Positions 17,829 to 26,901 of a stretch of DNA of 57,638 nt are shown piece by piece (within the stretch, counting starts at the first letter, position 1; each line of letters opens with the position of its first letter). Origin of the DNA: Planctomycetota bacterium (lineage in GTDB: Bacteria; Planctomycetota; SZUA-567; H5-PLA8). The DNA is taken from positions 1 through 57,638 of the forward strand of contig BTVV01000032.1 of the NCBI GenBank assembly GCA_045863855.1. Direction: 5' to 3'. The position numbers and the translations under genes were made by a program. The notes beneath the pieces were generated by a model. The model was not told where the DNA came from. It worked only from the letters and a program-made list of their open reading frames with translations, and did not search any database.

Positions 17829-18061
17829 TTACGTGTTAAGCATCTCGGTCGGTTCCGAGACTACGGACGCCGCCGGCACCCACGCGCGCACGGCGGCTAC
17901 CTCGACCGCGGCCAATCTGTATTCCGCCTCTTTGCTGTTCGGATCGAGCGCCGCGTGGGTCAGGCAGTTCGCGTTGCCGTGCGGCGCGTGCAGATCCCCC
18001 ACTAGAACGTGGTAAATACCGTGCCGGGCGGGATCGTTTCGGTTACCTCAGCGGCGACACG
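17829..18061 (-). pseudogene. Remnant of the C-terminal molybdopterin-dinucleotide-binding domain of a nitrate reductase / formate dehydrogenase-type oxidoreductase
   Basis: One frame reads RVAAEVTETIPPGTVFTTF*(TAG 18004-18002)WG. After a 1-nt shift in a G5 run it continues DLHAPHGNANCLTHAALDPNSKEAEYRLAAVEV. Together this matches the consensus VTDRIRPGTVFxPFHWG...ANxLTxxAxDPxSKxPExKxxAV. Confidence 0.75.
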
Positions 18062-18185
18062 GCTATTCCAGTTGCGGAAAGTCCACCGACCTTGCCAGGG
18101 TGGCCGGGTTCCCACGCCCACGGATGCGCCGCAACCGGTCTCCCCCTGAACTCGAGTCTGTTCTTGACCACGGGACCTTGAAAAA

Positions 18186-18284
18186 CTATTGCATATATAA
18201 ATAGCTTGATATCCAATACAGTGGCGCGCCTTGGGGTAAACTGGACTTGGGCTGACTTCAAGCGAGATCAATTTTGATCGCGCG
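18186..18284. promoter_or_regulatory. AT-rich promoter region with two inverted repeats upstream of the porin
   Basis: CTATT-N9-AATAG (18186-18204) and GATCAA-TT-TTGATC (18266-18279). Confidence 0.35.
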
Positions 18285-18318
18285 TTATCGTCGCAGCGGG
18301 TCTTGGAGGTAGGTCGCC

Positions 18319-19776
18319 ATGCATCAGGTAGGGTCATGCAGGTTCCGAACCCTGCGCGGAAGTTTGGTGCTGGCGGCCGCCCTTTCGCTGCTTGCCGCGC
18401 ATGCGGGCGAAGCCCCTAAAGAAGCGTATGCCGATCCCAAAGAGGCGAAGCAGGAACTGCGTGAACAGTTAAAGGCGCCTCCGGCGCCCAAGCCGCCGCC
18501 CGAACTGGTTCCGATGCCGGCCTTTACCTGGGCCTCCGAAAAGCTCAAGAAGCTTCCCTTGGGTTCCACACGCTTCAGCTTCGGGATCGAGCACCGCACG
18601 CGAGTGGAAGTCTGGGACAATAAGTTTATCGGCGGCGGCGCGACGATCACCAATGGGTTCACGCTCTTCCGGCACCGCGTCTGGATGGATGCCGACCTCC
18701 ACGAGCACGTGCGCGTCTTCGGCATGTTCCAGGATGCGCACAAAGACGGCGACATCGCGCCGCAGGCGCGCGCGCACGAGGACCGCGCAGACCTGCTGGA
18801 AGGCTACCTGGATCTGCGCAAGCTTTTCGGCCAGGACTTGACTTTGCGCGTGGGGCGCCAACCTCTTGTCTACGGCCGGCAGCGCTTGGTCGGCGCATTC
18901 GAATGGTCGAACCCCGGACGCCGATTCGACGCGCTCAAACTTATGTGGATGAGCCCGGACCAGACCTGGACGGCCGACGCCTTCGCCAGCAAGGTGGTCG
19001 AGATAGACGCCATTCATCCCGACGAGATGCATTCGAGCGAAGAGTTTTACGGCTTGTATGCGACCAACGCGAGTTTGAAGCCGCATCGCTTCGACCTGTA
19101 CGCGCTGTTTCGCTCCAACGAGATCAAAGAGCGCGACCAGGAGATCGTTACGCTCGGTTTCCGCGCCTACGGAAAAGGGCTCTTCGGCGGGCTCGACTAC
19201 GAAGTCGAGGCCGCCGGACAGTTCGGCAAGACGCCCGTTGCCGCCGACGAACTCGATCACCGCGCGGCGGCGGCGCACGCCGAAGTCGGCTGGACCTTTG
19301 CCCCGGCATGGAAGCCGCGCCTCATGGCGGAATTCAATTACGCCAGCGGCGACGAGGATCCCACAGACGGCGATAATCAGACCTTCAACAATCTCTTCCC
19401 CACCAACCATCTCCATTACGGCTATGCCGACTTCTTCAACTGGTCCAACCAGGTCAGCGTGGCGGCGGGTTTCGAAGCGCAGCCGCTCAGCGGGTTGACC
19501 GTGTGGTCCAAAGCGTACTGGTTCCGCCTCGCCGAAGAGAAAGACGCCTGGCGTAACGCCGGCGGCGTGGTGCTGGCACGCGATACGACCGGACGCGCCG
19601 GCCGGGAAGTGGGCTTCGAATTTGACGTCGGCGCCACCGTGAACGTCAACCGCCACCTGAACGTAGAACTAGGCTATGCGCTGTTCGACGGCGGCAAATT
19701 CACCGGCGCCCGGCGTCCCCCGGGCCAAGGCGAAACCGCGCAATTCTTCTGGGCGCAAGCGGTGCTAAAATTCTAA
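18319..19776 (+). CDS. Alginate export (AlgE-like) family outer-membrane beta-barrel protein
   Basis: GGAGG RBS and signal peptide. LRVGRQPLVYGRQRLVGAFEWSN, RRFDA, YASGDEDPTDGDNQTFNNLFPTNH, C-terminal AVLKF. Confidence 0.88.
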   Translation: MHQVGSCRFRTLRGSLVLAAALSLLAAHAGEAPKEAYADPKEAKQELREQLKAPPAPKPPPELVPMPAFTWASEKLKKLPLGSTRFSFGIEHRTRVEVWDNKFIGGGATITNGFTLFRHRVWMDADLHEHVRVFGMFQDAHKDGDIAPQARAHEDRADLLEGYLDLRKLFGQDLTLRVGRQPLVYGRQRLVGAFEWSNPGRRFDALKLMWMSPDQTWTADAFASKVVEIDAIHPDEMHSSEEFYGLYATNASLKPHRFDLYALFRSNEIKERDQEIVTLGFRAYGKGLFGGLDYEVEAAGQFGKTPVAADELDHRAAAAHAEVGWTFAPAWKPRLMAEFNYASGDEDPTDGDNQTFNNLFPTNHLHYGYADFFNWSNQVSVAAGFEAQPLSGLTVWSKAYWFRLAEEKDAWRNAGGVVLARDTTGRAGREVGFEFDVGATVNVNRHLNVELGYALFDGGKFTGARRPPGQGETAQFFWAQAVLKF

Positions 19777-19831
19777 GCCGAGACGCCTGCCGGTAAGGTA
19801 CTCGGATTGGGGATCCAGCGCCGTCCGGAAG

Positions 19832-20695
19832 TCAGGGCTGTTGCGGCGCATGTGGCTGCGGCGCGGGAGCCGTCGATCGCGGCGCGGGCGGCTGCGAAAC
19901 GGGAGCCGTGGATTTCGGCGCGGGCGCAGTCGAGTTCGCCTCGCCTGCCGCGGCGGGCGCGACCTGCACCGTCACCGTCTTTTCGAGCCGCAGCGACGGG
20001 ATCTGGCGAATCCGCTGCGCCACCTCACCAAGTCCGCCTCGACGCTCCACCGGACCGTTCCATTCCAGTTCGCTGGGCGCGTCGTACCGGATCGAGAAGG
20101 TAATCTTATGCGCTCCGGCTTCGGCCGGCGTCCATTCGGCCAACTCCGCTCCGAAACTGCGTTCGTGCGTCAGCGGTTCGAAGCGCTCGCCGGGCTTTAA
20201 CTCGATCAGGTCGGCTTCGCCGAGCGAGTTGCAATTTCCGCAGCCCATCGGCATGGCCTGCGGGCCCGCGGGCGTCGGCGCCACGATCGTCCGGGCGAAA
20301 TGAGGAAAGCGCTTGGTGCGTGTGCTGCCGTCCAGGCAAGGAACCACGGTCACCGTTCGGTCGCTGGTGTTGTGCAGGCGCACCTTGATCTTCAACGGCT
20401 CGCCGGCACGCGCCACACCCTCGGTCTCGACTTCCAGCACCAGCGGCGGATCGATCCGCGCGACCAGCCGCCGCGCACGGGCCGCCACTTCCGGCTGCTC
20501 CGATTTCAACGCCGCACGGAGTTCCGCCAGCGCAGGTTTGCCCAGGCGCTGCAATTCCGCCTCGGCCTGTTCGCGCAACTCGAACGCGTCCGAGCCTAAT
20601 TGCTGGACCAGCGCCGCGTAATCGGCTTCCGCGCCCCAAGCGCCGCAAGACAGCGCCAACGCCGCACCCAGAATCATTTTGCTCACACTCTTCAT
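19832..20695 (-). CDS. Secreted hypothetical protein: N-terminal HEAT-like helical module plus Ig-like domain with CGNC
   Basis: Signal peptide, LVQQLGSDAFELREQAEAELQRLG, GEPLKIKVRLHNTS beta-sandwich, Pro-rich tail. 32 nt downstream of the A2M gene. Confidence 0.7.
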   Translation of the reverse strand: MKSVSKMILGAALALSCGAWGAEADYAALVQQLGSDAFELREQAEAELQRLGKPALAELRAALKSEQPEVAARARRLVARIDPPLVLEVETEGVARAGEPLKIKVRLHNTSDRTVTVVPCLDGSTRTKRFPHFARTIVAPTPAGPQAMPMGCGNCNSLGEADLIELKPGERFEPLTHERSFGAELAEWTPAEAGAHKITFSIRYDAPSELEWNGPVERRGGLGEVAQRIRQIPSLRLEKTVTVQVAPAAAGEANSTAPAPKSTAPVSQPPAPRSTAPAPQPHAPQQP

Positions 20696-20727
20696 TTCGG
20701 TCGCTTCCTATTCGATGGCTCAAGGAT

Positions 20728-23700
20728 TTAGTCTTTAATGCCCAAGCGCATCTCGTCGCTGATCGCGCGCACGTCCGGCGAGTACATCGTCTGCACGCTC
20801 GTCGGCAGCGCGTGGAACGTGCCCGGAATTTCCGCGCGCAGCTTGTACTTCAGCGTGTGCTCGCCCTTCGGAAGCCAAGTCATGAAGAAGACCACTTTCG
20901 TGTCGCGCAGTTCCATGTTGCTGCACAGCCCGTCGCCGTAGCGCCCGCCGCTCACCAGATCCACCGGCTCGCAACCCGCCGCCTTCGGATCTTCCACGAT
21001 CACGTACTCGTAGTCGTTCGGCGCTTTAACCTTCAGCTCCACTTCCACCTGCTCGCCGCTCTTCACCACCGCGCCCATCTCCAACGCGGCGCGGTCCCAT
21101 TGCAGTTCCTTGATCTCCACCTCTTCGCCCTTCGCGTTCTTGACTTTTTTGACCTCCTGCTTCGGCGTGAGTTTGTAGTAGGTGCGCACCACCGAGATTT
21201 CGTTGCCGGCGGCTTTGATGTCGCCTTCCTTCGTGAAGTATTTCACCTGCGCGCTGTAGTACAGAGCGCCGGGGCCGTCCTTCTTCAGCGTTACCTTGCG
21301 CGCACCGCTCGGAATATCCGCGCCGCGGATCACGAACTGGTTGTCGAAGGTGAAGAAGTTTTCCTTGTTCACCGCGACCGTCTTTTGCGCCAGCCCGTCG
21401 AAGTCGATCGTCACCGTATAGTTCGGCTCGGTCTCCCCGCTCGCGACCATGTAATCGGCCAGCGCGAAGATCGAGATCGCCGTGTCCTTGGTCGTGTGCC
21501 AGCGGTGCCCGTGGCGCTTGCCCAGCAGGTGCTTGGTCAGCTTCGGGGCCAGTTCCCCCTTCGGATCGAACTTCGCCACGGCCTTCAGCGCCCATGCGTT
21601 CGACTCGATCTCGTTGTTGTACCAGTACCACGCGCGCGTCGCCGGCGTCTCGACCCACGCCGTCCCGTGTTCCTTATCTTCCTTCACGTACTGCAGCACG
21701 TTTTCGTAAGCCGTCTGCTTGCGCTCGTCGGCCAGCTCGTTCAGCGTCAGAGCCAGGAGCGCCTTGCCGTATACGTTCAGTTTGTCGCGCTGCTCCCAGA
21801 TCATGTTCAGCGCCTTGTCGTCCTTCTGCTTGTCCAGCGCCAGGACGTAGGACGCGTACGCCTCCTGCTCCAGCCCGTAGTAGCGCTGCCGCCACCACTC
21901 TTCCTTCTCCTGGTGGATGCGCCCGACTTGCCCGAGCAGGAACTTCAGCCCGCGCTGCCGCCGCCCTTCGTCCATCCCCGCCACCCCCGCGTCCTTGGCC
22001 ACCTTCAAGCCGTACAGCACGTATGCGGTCATGTTCGGATTGCTCTGGTCCTGCTTCCACCAGCCCCAGCCGCCGTCGCCATTCTGGAAATCGTACAAGC
22101 GCCGAGCGCCGGCCTGCACGATGCTCGCCAGCTTGCTGCTGTCGAAGACCGGCGACTTCAAGTAGCCGTACTTCGCCTGCAGTTCCGCCGGGTTGATCTG
22201 CTTCCGCTTCGTCTCCAGATCCTCGAGGTTCACGCCCAGTTGCTTCAGCGTCTGCTGGCTCAGCACCGCCGGCAGGAACCGGCTCATCGTCTGCTCCGCG
22301 CAGCCGTAGGGGTATTCCAGTAGGTACGGCAGCGCGTCCAGCATCGCGCCGGCCAGGCTCGGGCTCAGCGTCACCCGCAGTTCCGTCGCTTCCGGCTTGC
22401 GCTCTTCCGGAATCGAGAAGCTCACTTCGCGCACGCCTGCCGCGTCCGGACGATAGCTGCCGTTATCGGCGAGGAACTTCTCGGTCCCGTGCACCAGCGC
22501 CGGGAACGTCAGCGCCATCGCGTCGCTCTCTTCGTCCGTCAGCGCCTTGACCAGCACCTTCGGCGCGCCTTCCTGCAGCACCTTGACCGTCCAGTCGAGC
22601 CGCTTCTCGCCGCCCGCGGGAACCTCGACATCCACCACCAGCGGCTGCGTGCACGCCAGCACCGCGCTGGGCAGTTGGATTTCGCACTTCACCTTTTTGG
22701 CCGTCGGCAGGTAGTTGTGCACGTTCGCGCTCAGCACCACTTCGTCGCGCTCGACGAAAAAGCGCGGCGCTTGCAGGCGCACCAGCAGATTCTTGGTCGT
22801 GATCACCGAAGTGCTCGCCGAACCTACCTGCGTCGCGGCGCTCATCCCGTACGTGCTGCCCTTCCAGGTCGTCAGGCTGTCGGGGAAGGTCACTTCCAGC
22901 GTCGCCTTGCCGTCGGGACCGGTCAGCAGCCGGGGCGCCCAAGCCGCCGAATCCGCGAAGTTGCTGCGCACTTCGGCTTCTACCAAGCTTCCCCCGTCGC
23001 TCTTATCGCTCTCGCGGTCGGCATTCTTCTCGTCGGCCTGCAGTTTGCGTCCGGCTCGGCGCCGGTTCTCGCCGCCTTCGGCCGGCGGCGCTCCAGGCAT
23101 CGCCGCGGCCGTGGCCGCTTTGCCGTCGGCGTTCTTGGCCGCTTGCTCCATCTCGCCGGCCTTCTTGAGTTCTTCTTTCCGCTCGCGATACCCGAATGCG
23201 CCCCCGCCTCCTTGGCCCGCCTGCTGGCCCGATTCCCTCGTCAAACCGCGCAGCTTCTCTTCGTTGTCATTGGCCCAATTGCCCCAGTACGCCGGCGGAT
23301 AGCCGTGCAACTCCTTGAATTCCTCGCGTGCCGCGTGCTGCGCCACGATCCCGCGGAACGAGACGTTGTGCGAGCTGTCGAAGCCGAGTTGCCGGCTGCG
23401 CTTTTGCCCGAAGAAGAACGTTTTCACCTCCGGCGCAAGCTCGCGCTGGAAGTACAAGATCGAACTGTCGAAGAGCGTGAAGGCCAATTCTGCTTGCACC
23501 GGCTGACCGTCGTGGCCGCGCGTCTCGAAGCTGAACGTCCCCTTTTCGCCCGGCTGGTAGCTGCTCTTGTTCGAGCTCACCTTCACATCCAGGAACTGCT
23601 TCACCGGCGGCACGAAAATCTCGCGGTTCTCCGTGAACACCTGCCCGTCGCGCAGCGACAAGGCCTGGATGAAGAAATTCGGAGCGTGCTTCTTCTCCAC

Positions 23701-26700
23701 TTTCAGGTCGATCAGCTTCGACTTTTGAGGCAGGTGCAGGACCGTGAAGCTGTCCATCCGCCCGTCGAGGTCGTGGACCAGCAGCACGTGGCTGTCCGGG
23801 CGGTTCGTATTGATCATCAGGTGCGCGATATCGCCTTCCTCGTAGCTGCGCTTGTCGGTGATCACCTCCAGGTCGCGGAAGCGGTACTTCCCGGCGTCGA
23901 AGTCTTCCGCGCGAATCCACACGAACGCCGTGCCTTCGATCGCCGTCTTCCAGGCGTCCTCCGTCACGAACGCGAACTTGTACTGCGCCGACTCGTCCAG
24001 CGTCTCCTCGATCAGCCCCCGCCCTTCCGCGTCCGTCTCGAACGCGCGCTCGGTCAGCTTCGTCTCGACCATCTTCTCGTTCTTCTCGCCCTCGTACGCC
24101 ACCTTGCTGACCACCAGCTTGCCCTTGGCCGCCACCGGAGCCCCGTCGGGCGTCTGCGCGGTAACTTCCAGCTTCACCTTGTCGCCGGGGCGGTAGAATC
24201 CCTGCTCGCCGTTCAGGAAGACGTAGAACTGATTGCGCGTCACCGTGATCGCGCCGCTGCCCGTAATCGTCCGGCGGCTGGCGTCGACCACTTCGGCTTC
24301 GATCTCGAAGCGGTGGTCCTGGTCGGGGAAGCGCGCGGCCAGGTCCTTCGTCTCGAACGCGACTTCCGCCGTCCCGTCCTTCGTCAGCGGGCGCGTCTCT
24401 TCGGAGATCAGTTCGCGCGCCTGCTGGCCGTAATGCTGCCAGCGCCAGTACCCGCCCCAGCTGTCCAGCGGGTACGCGCACTTGCCGTAGCCTTCGCCGT
24501 ACAGCCAGTCGTAGCGTCCGCGCTGCGTGTAGCTGTGGTAGTACGGCGTGCGGAAGACGCGGTACGTCACCGTGCCTTCGGCCACCGGCGCGCCGAAGTA
24601 GTACTTCGCCTGAATCTGCGCCTTCACCGGCTCGCCCATCTTCGCCTGCGTCGCTTCGGGCTTCACCGATACCTCGAACTCCGGCTTCTTGTACTCCTCG
24701 ACGCGGAAGTTCAGCGAACCCCAGAAGCGCCCGCCCTTCTGCTTCGCCAGCGCCGGGCTGCTGATGTCGATGCGGTACATCCCCAGCGGCGTCTCGGCCG
24801 GCAGCACGAGCTGGTCGGCCAGCGAGCCCTGCGCGCTCAGCGTCAGCGAACGGTTATAAATCTTGTTGTTCTTCGGATCCTGGATCGCCACCTGCACCGC
24901 GATCTCGCCCGGAAGCGCATACTCGCCGCCTTCGAAAAGCCGCGCACTGGCCTTGAAATACACCGTCTGACCCGGCCGGTAGACCGGGCGGTCGGTGGTC
25001 GGATACACGCAGTAGAACTTCGCGTCCTCGCGCCCGCGCCCATTCGCCCATGAATGGTGCGTCATCGCGTAACGGCCGCCCGTATGCGCGAAGGCCTGGA
25101 CGTAGCTGCTGTTCGGACGCTGGATCCGGTGCTCGTACAGCCCCAGTTCGCCGCTCGCCACCGTCGCACGCGCGTGGCGGTACGCGTTGTTCTCGTGCCA
25201 GGCTTCATCGACGAGCAGCGCGGCGCCTTCCACCGGCTTGCCCGTGATCGCGTCGGCCACGAAGAAGCGCTGCGAACCCGCCGCCGAAAGCCGCACCACC
25301 GACAGGTCGCTCACCACCAGGAGCTGACGCGCCACCACCCCGCCGGCCTTCGCTTCGATCAGGTACGCGCCCAGGCCGTTGAACGGAACCGCCACCGGAT
25401 CATGGACGAAGCGGTGATCGTTCTTGTCCGTGGTCGGCGTCTTCCACGCCGCCACCTGCTCGCCCTTATGCTTCAGCAACCGGTCGCCTTGCCAGATCGA
25501 ATTCACGTAATCGTCGTAACCGCGGGTTTCATCGCGCGGCTCGGCCATCACGTCTTCGAGCTTCACGCGCCAGGCCGTGAATTCGATCTCCTTCAGGTTG
25601 CGCGACTGAATCGTCAACTTCGTCTCGCCGCCGGGAAGCTGCGCGCCGGACGGCTGAAGTTCCAGCCGCGCGACCACGATCTCCTGCTTCTGATGCGCCG
25701 CGTCCTTCACCCAGACGCTCTTCGGGAACTTCGCGATCACCGTCTCGAACGCCTTGACCGCCTCCACGAATTCGCCGCGTTCGGCCAGCAGCAGCCCGCG
25801 CGCGTACTGAGCGTCGGCGCCGACCTCGATCGCCGCGTATTTCTCGGAGACTTCGTTCAGCAACAGGGCCGGATCCAGTTCCTTCGGGCTCGCCGCGCTC
25901 CAGTAGCTTTTCACGTACAGCGCGCGCCGGTACCCGGCCAGCGCCGTCGGTTCTTTCGATTCGCTCTTGTCCCAGCCCGGAATCTCGCCCAGCAGGTACA
26001 GAACCTTCTGCGCCTCGCTCAGTTCCGCCGCGTACTTCTCGACCGGCTTCCACAGTTCGGCGTGCGGATCGGTTTGCACTTCCGGCGCCGCGCCTGGAGC
26101 CTGAATCCGGCGTTGTTCGCCGCGGTAGTGCCTGCGGTAGCCGTACCACTGGGCCTGCTGCGCGAGGTACCCCGAAAGCTCGAAGTTATTCGCGACCACT
26201 TCCGAAGGAATGGTCTTGGCGTCTTCCGCGCTCAACGTGTCCGCAGCCGCCAGCAGCGCCAGGTAGCGCTCGCGCGCCAGTTCGCCGTGCTTCACCGCAG
26301 CCGCACGGTCTTCCTGTTCGAAGTACACGTACTGGTAACCCGCCTTGTGCTGCCCGCGGATCAGCTCATCGCCCTTCTTCGAACCCCAGTGCGGCATGCT
26401 CCAGTACACGCTGGCCAACAGGTTGTTCGCGCGCGCTTCCCAGACCGTACCGGCCGCCTCGGCGGCCAGCGCCTTGCCGTGCTCCAAGGCTTGGTCCCAC
26501 TCGCTCAAGCGCTGCCCGCAGACCACCAGCCGCAGGCGCACATGGGTCTTTTGAGCGAATTTCGGGTCGGCCTTCAGGACCGCGGCATACGCGTCGGCCG
26601 CATCCTTATAGTTCTTCTTTTCGAAGGCCGTCTCGGCCCGCTTGAACGCCTCTTCCGCGTTTTCGGCCAGCGCCCAAGCCCCCATCGTCAGAACCAGCGC

Positions 26701-26733
26701 ACAGCCCAGGAACCAACCCGAGAACCGCTTCAT
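20728..26733 (-). CDS. Alpha-2-macroglobulin family protein (TPR N-terminus, MG domains, thioester domain)
   Basis: TDRPVYRPGQTV (MG2), FRVEEYKKPEF, VRSNFADSAAW, FPDSLTTW, LQAPRFFVERD, thioester YPYGCAEQTMSRF (CAEQ at 22302-22291), FQNGDGGWGWW, RAEIPGTFHALP...MYSP. Confidence 0.95.
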   Translation of the reverse strand: MKRFSGWFLGCALVLTMGAWALAENAEEAFKRAETAFEKKNYKDAADAYAAVLKADPKFAQKTHVRLRLVVCGQRLSEWDQALEHGKALAAEAAGTVWEARANNLLASVYWSMPHWGSKKGDELIRGQHKAGYQYVYFEQEDRAAAVKHGELARERYLALLAAADTLSAEDAKTIPSEVVANNFELSGYLAQQAQWYGYRRHYRGEQRRIQAPGAAPEVQTDPHAELWKPVEKYAAELSEAQKVLYLLGEIPGWDKSESKEPTALAGYRRALYVKSYWSAASPKELDPALLLNEVSEKYAAIEVGADAQYARGLLLAERGEFVEAVKAFETVIAKFPKSVWVKDAAHQKQEIVVARLELQPSGAQLPGGETKLTIQSRNLKEIEFTAWRVKLEDVMAEPRDETRGYDDYVNSIWQGDRLLKHKGEQVAAWKTPTTDKNDHRFVHDPVAVPFNGLGAYLIEAKAGGVVARQLLVVSDLSVVRLSAAGSQRFFVADAITGKPVEGAALLVDEAWHENNAYRHARATVASGELGLYEHRIQRPNSSYVQAFAHTGGRYAMTHHSWANGRGREDAKFYCVYPTTDRPVYRPGQTVYFKASARLFEGGEYALPGEIAVQVAIQDPKNNKIYNRSLTLSAQGSLADQLVLPAETPLGMYRIDISSPALAKQKGGRFWGSLNFRVEEYKKPEFEVSVKPEATQAKMGEPVKAQIQAKYYFGAPVAEGTVTYRVFRTPYYHSYTQRGRYDWLYGEGYGKCAYPLDSWGGYWRWQHYGQQARELISEETRPLTKDGTAEVAFETKDLAARFPDQDHRFEIEAEVVDASRRTITGSGAITVTRNQFYVFLNGEQGFYRPGDKVKLEVTAQTPDGAPVAAKGKLVVSKVAYEGEKNEKMVETKLTERAFETDAEGRGLIEETLDESAQYKFAFVTEDAWKTAIEGTAFVWIRAEDFDAGKYRFRDLEVITDKRSYEEGDIAHLMINTNRPDSHVLLVHDLDGRMDSFTVLHLPQKSKLIDLKVEKKHAPNFFIQALSLRDGQVFTENREIFVPPVKQFLDVKVSSNKSSYQPGEKGTFSFETRGHDGQPVQAELAFTLFDSSILYFQRELAPEVKTFFFGQKRSRQLGFDSSHNVSFRGIVAQHAAREEFKELHGYPPAYWGNWANDNEEKLRGLTRESGQQAGQGGGGAFGYRERKEELKKAGEMEQAAKNADGKAATAAAMPGAPPAEGGENRRRAGRKLQADEKNADRESDKSDGGSLVEAEVRSNFADSAAWAPRLLTGPDGKATLEVTFPDSLTTWKGSTYGMSAATQVGSASTSVITTKNLLVRLQAPRFFVERDEVVLSANVHNYLPTAKKVKCEIQLPSAVLACTQPLVVDVEVPAGGEKRLDWTVKVLQEGAPKVLVKALTDEESDAMALTFPALVHGTEKFLADNGSYRPDAAGVREVSFSIPEERKPEATELRVTLSPSLAGAMLDALPYLLEYPYGCAEQTMSRFLPAVLSQQTLKQLGVNLEDLETKRKQINPAELQAKYGYLKSPVFDSSKLASIVQAGARRLYDFQNGDGGWGWWKQDQSNPNMTAYVLYGLKVAKDAGVAGMDEGRRQRGLKFLLGQVGRIHQEKEEWWRQRYYGLEQEAYASYVLALDKQKDDKALNMIWEQRDKLNVYGKALLALTLNELADERKQTAYENVLQYVKEDKEHGTAWVETPATRAWYWYNNEIESNAWALKAVAKFDPKGELAPKLTKHLLGKRHGHRWHTTKDTAISIFALADYMVASGETEPNYTVTIDFDGLAQKTVAVNKENFFTFDNQFVIRGADIPSGARKVTLKKDGPGALYYSAQVKYFTKEGDIKAAGNEISVVRTYYKLTPKQEVKKVKNAKGEEVEIKELQWDRAALEMGAVVKSGEQVEVELKVKAPNDYEYVIVEDPKAAGCEPVDLVSGGRYGDGLCSNMELRDTKVVFFMTWLPKGEHTLKYKLRAEIPGTFHALPTSVQTMYSPDVRAISDEMRLGIKD

Positions 26734-26901
26734 CGTATAAGCCCCCATCGATTCTTAAGTTATGGAATTGACCAACTCCGCCCCATACCGGCGGCGCTTC
26801 CATTGGACACTCGGCTGCACGTGCGGTTACGACAAATTTATGCCTTCCGTGCCGGGTCAGGAGTCTAAGATCGCGGCACAGGTAATGGAAGGGTACGGCC
26901 G

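Noticed and set aside
18002..18004. TAG as possible pyrrolysine or readthrough recoding in the molybdoenzyme fragment
   Set aside because: It comes with a frameshift and loss of the rest of the gene; decay is the simpler explanation.
18072..18115. GCGGAAAGTCC...CAGGGTGGCCGGGT resembling the RNase P RNA 5' conserved region
   Set aside because: The first motif is imperfect (not GAGGAAAGTCC) and no 3' ACAGAA.CCGGCTTA element follows.
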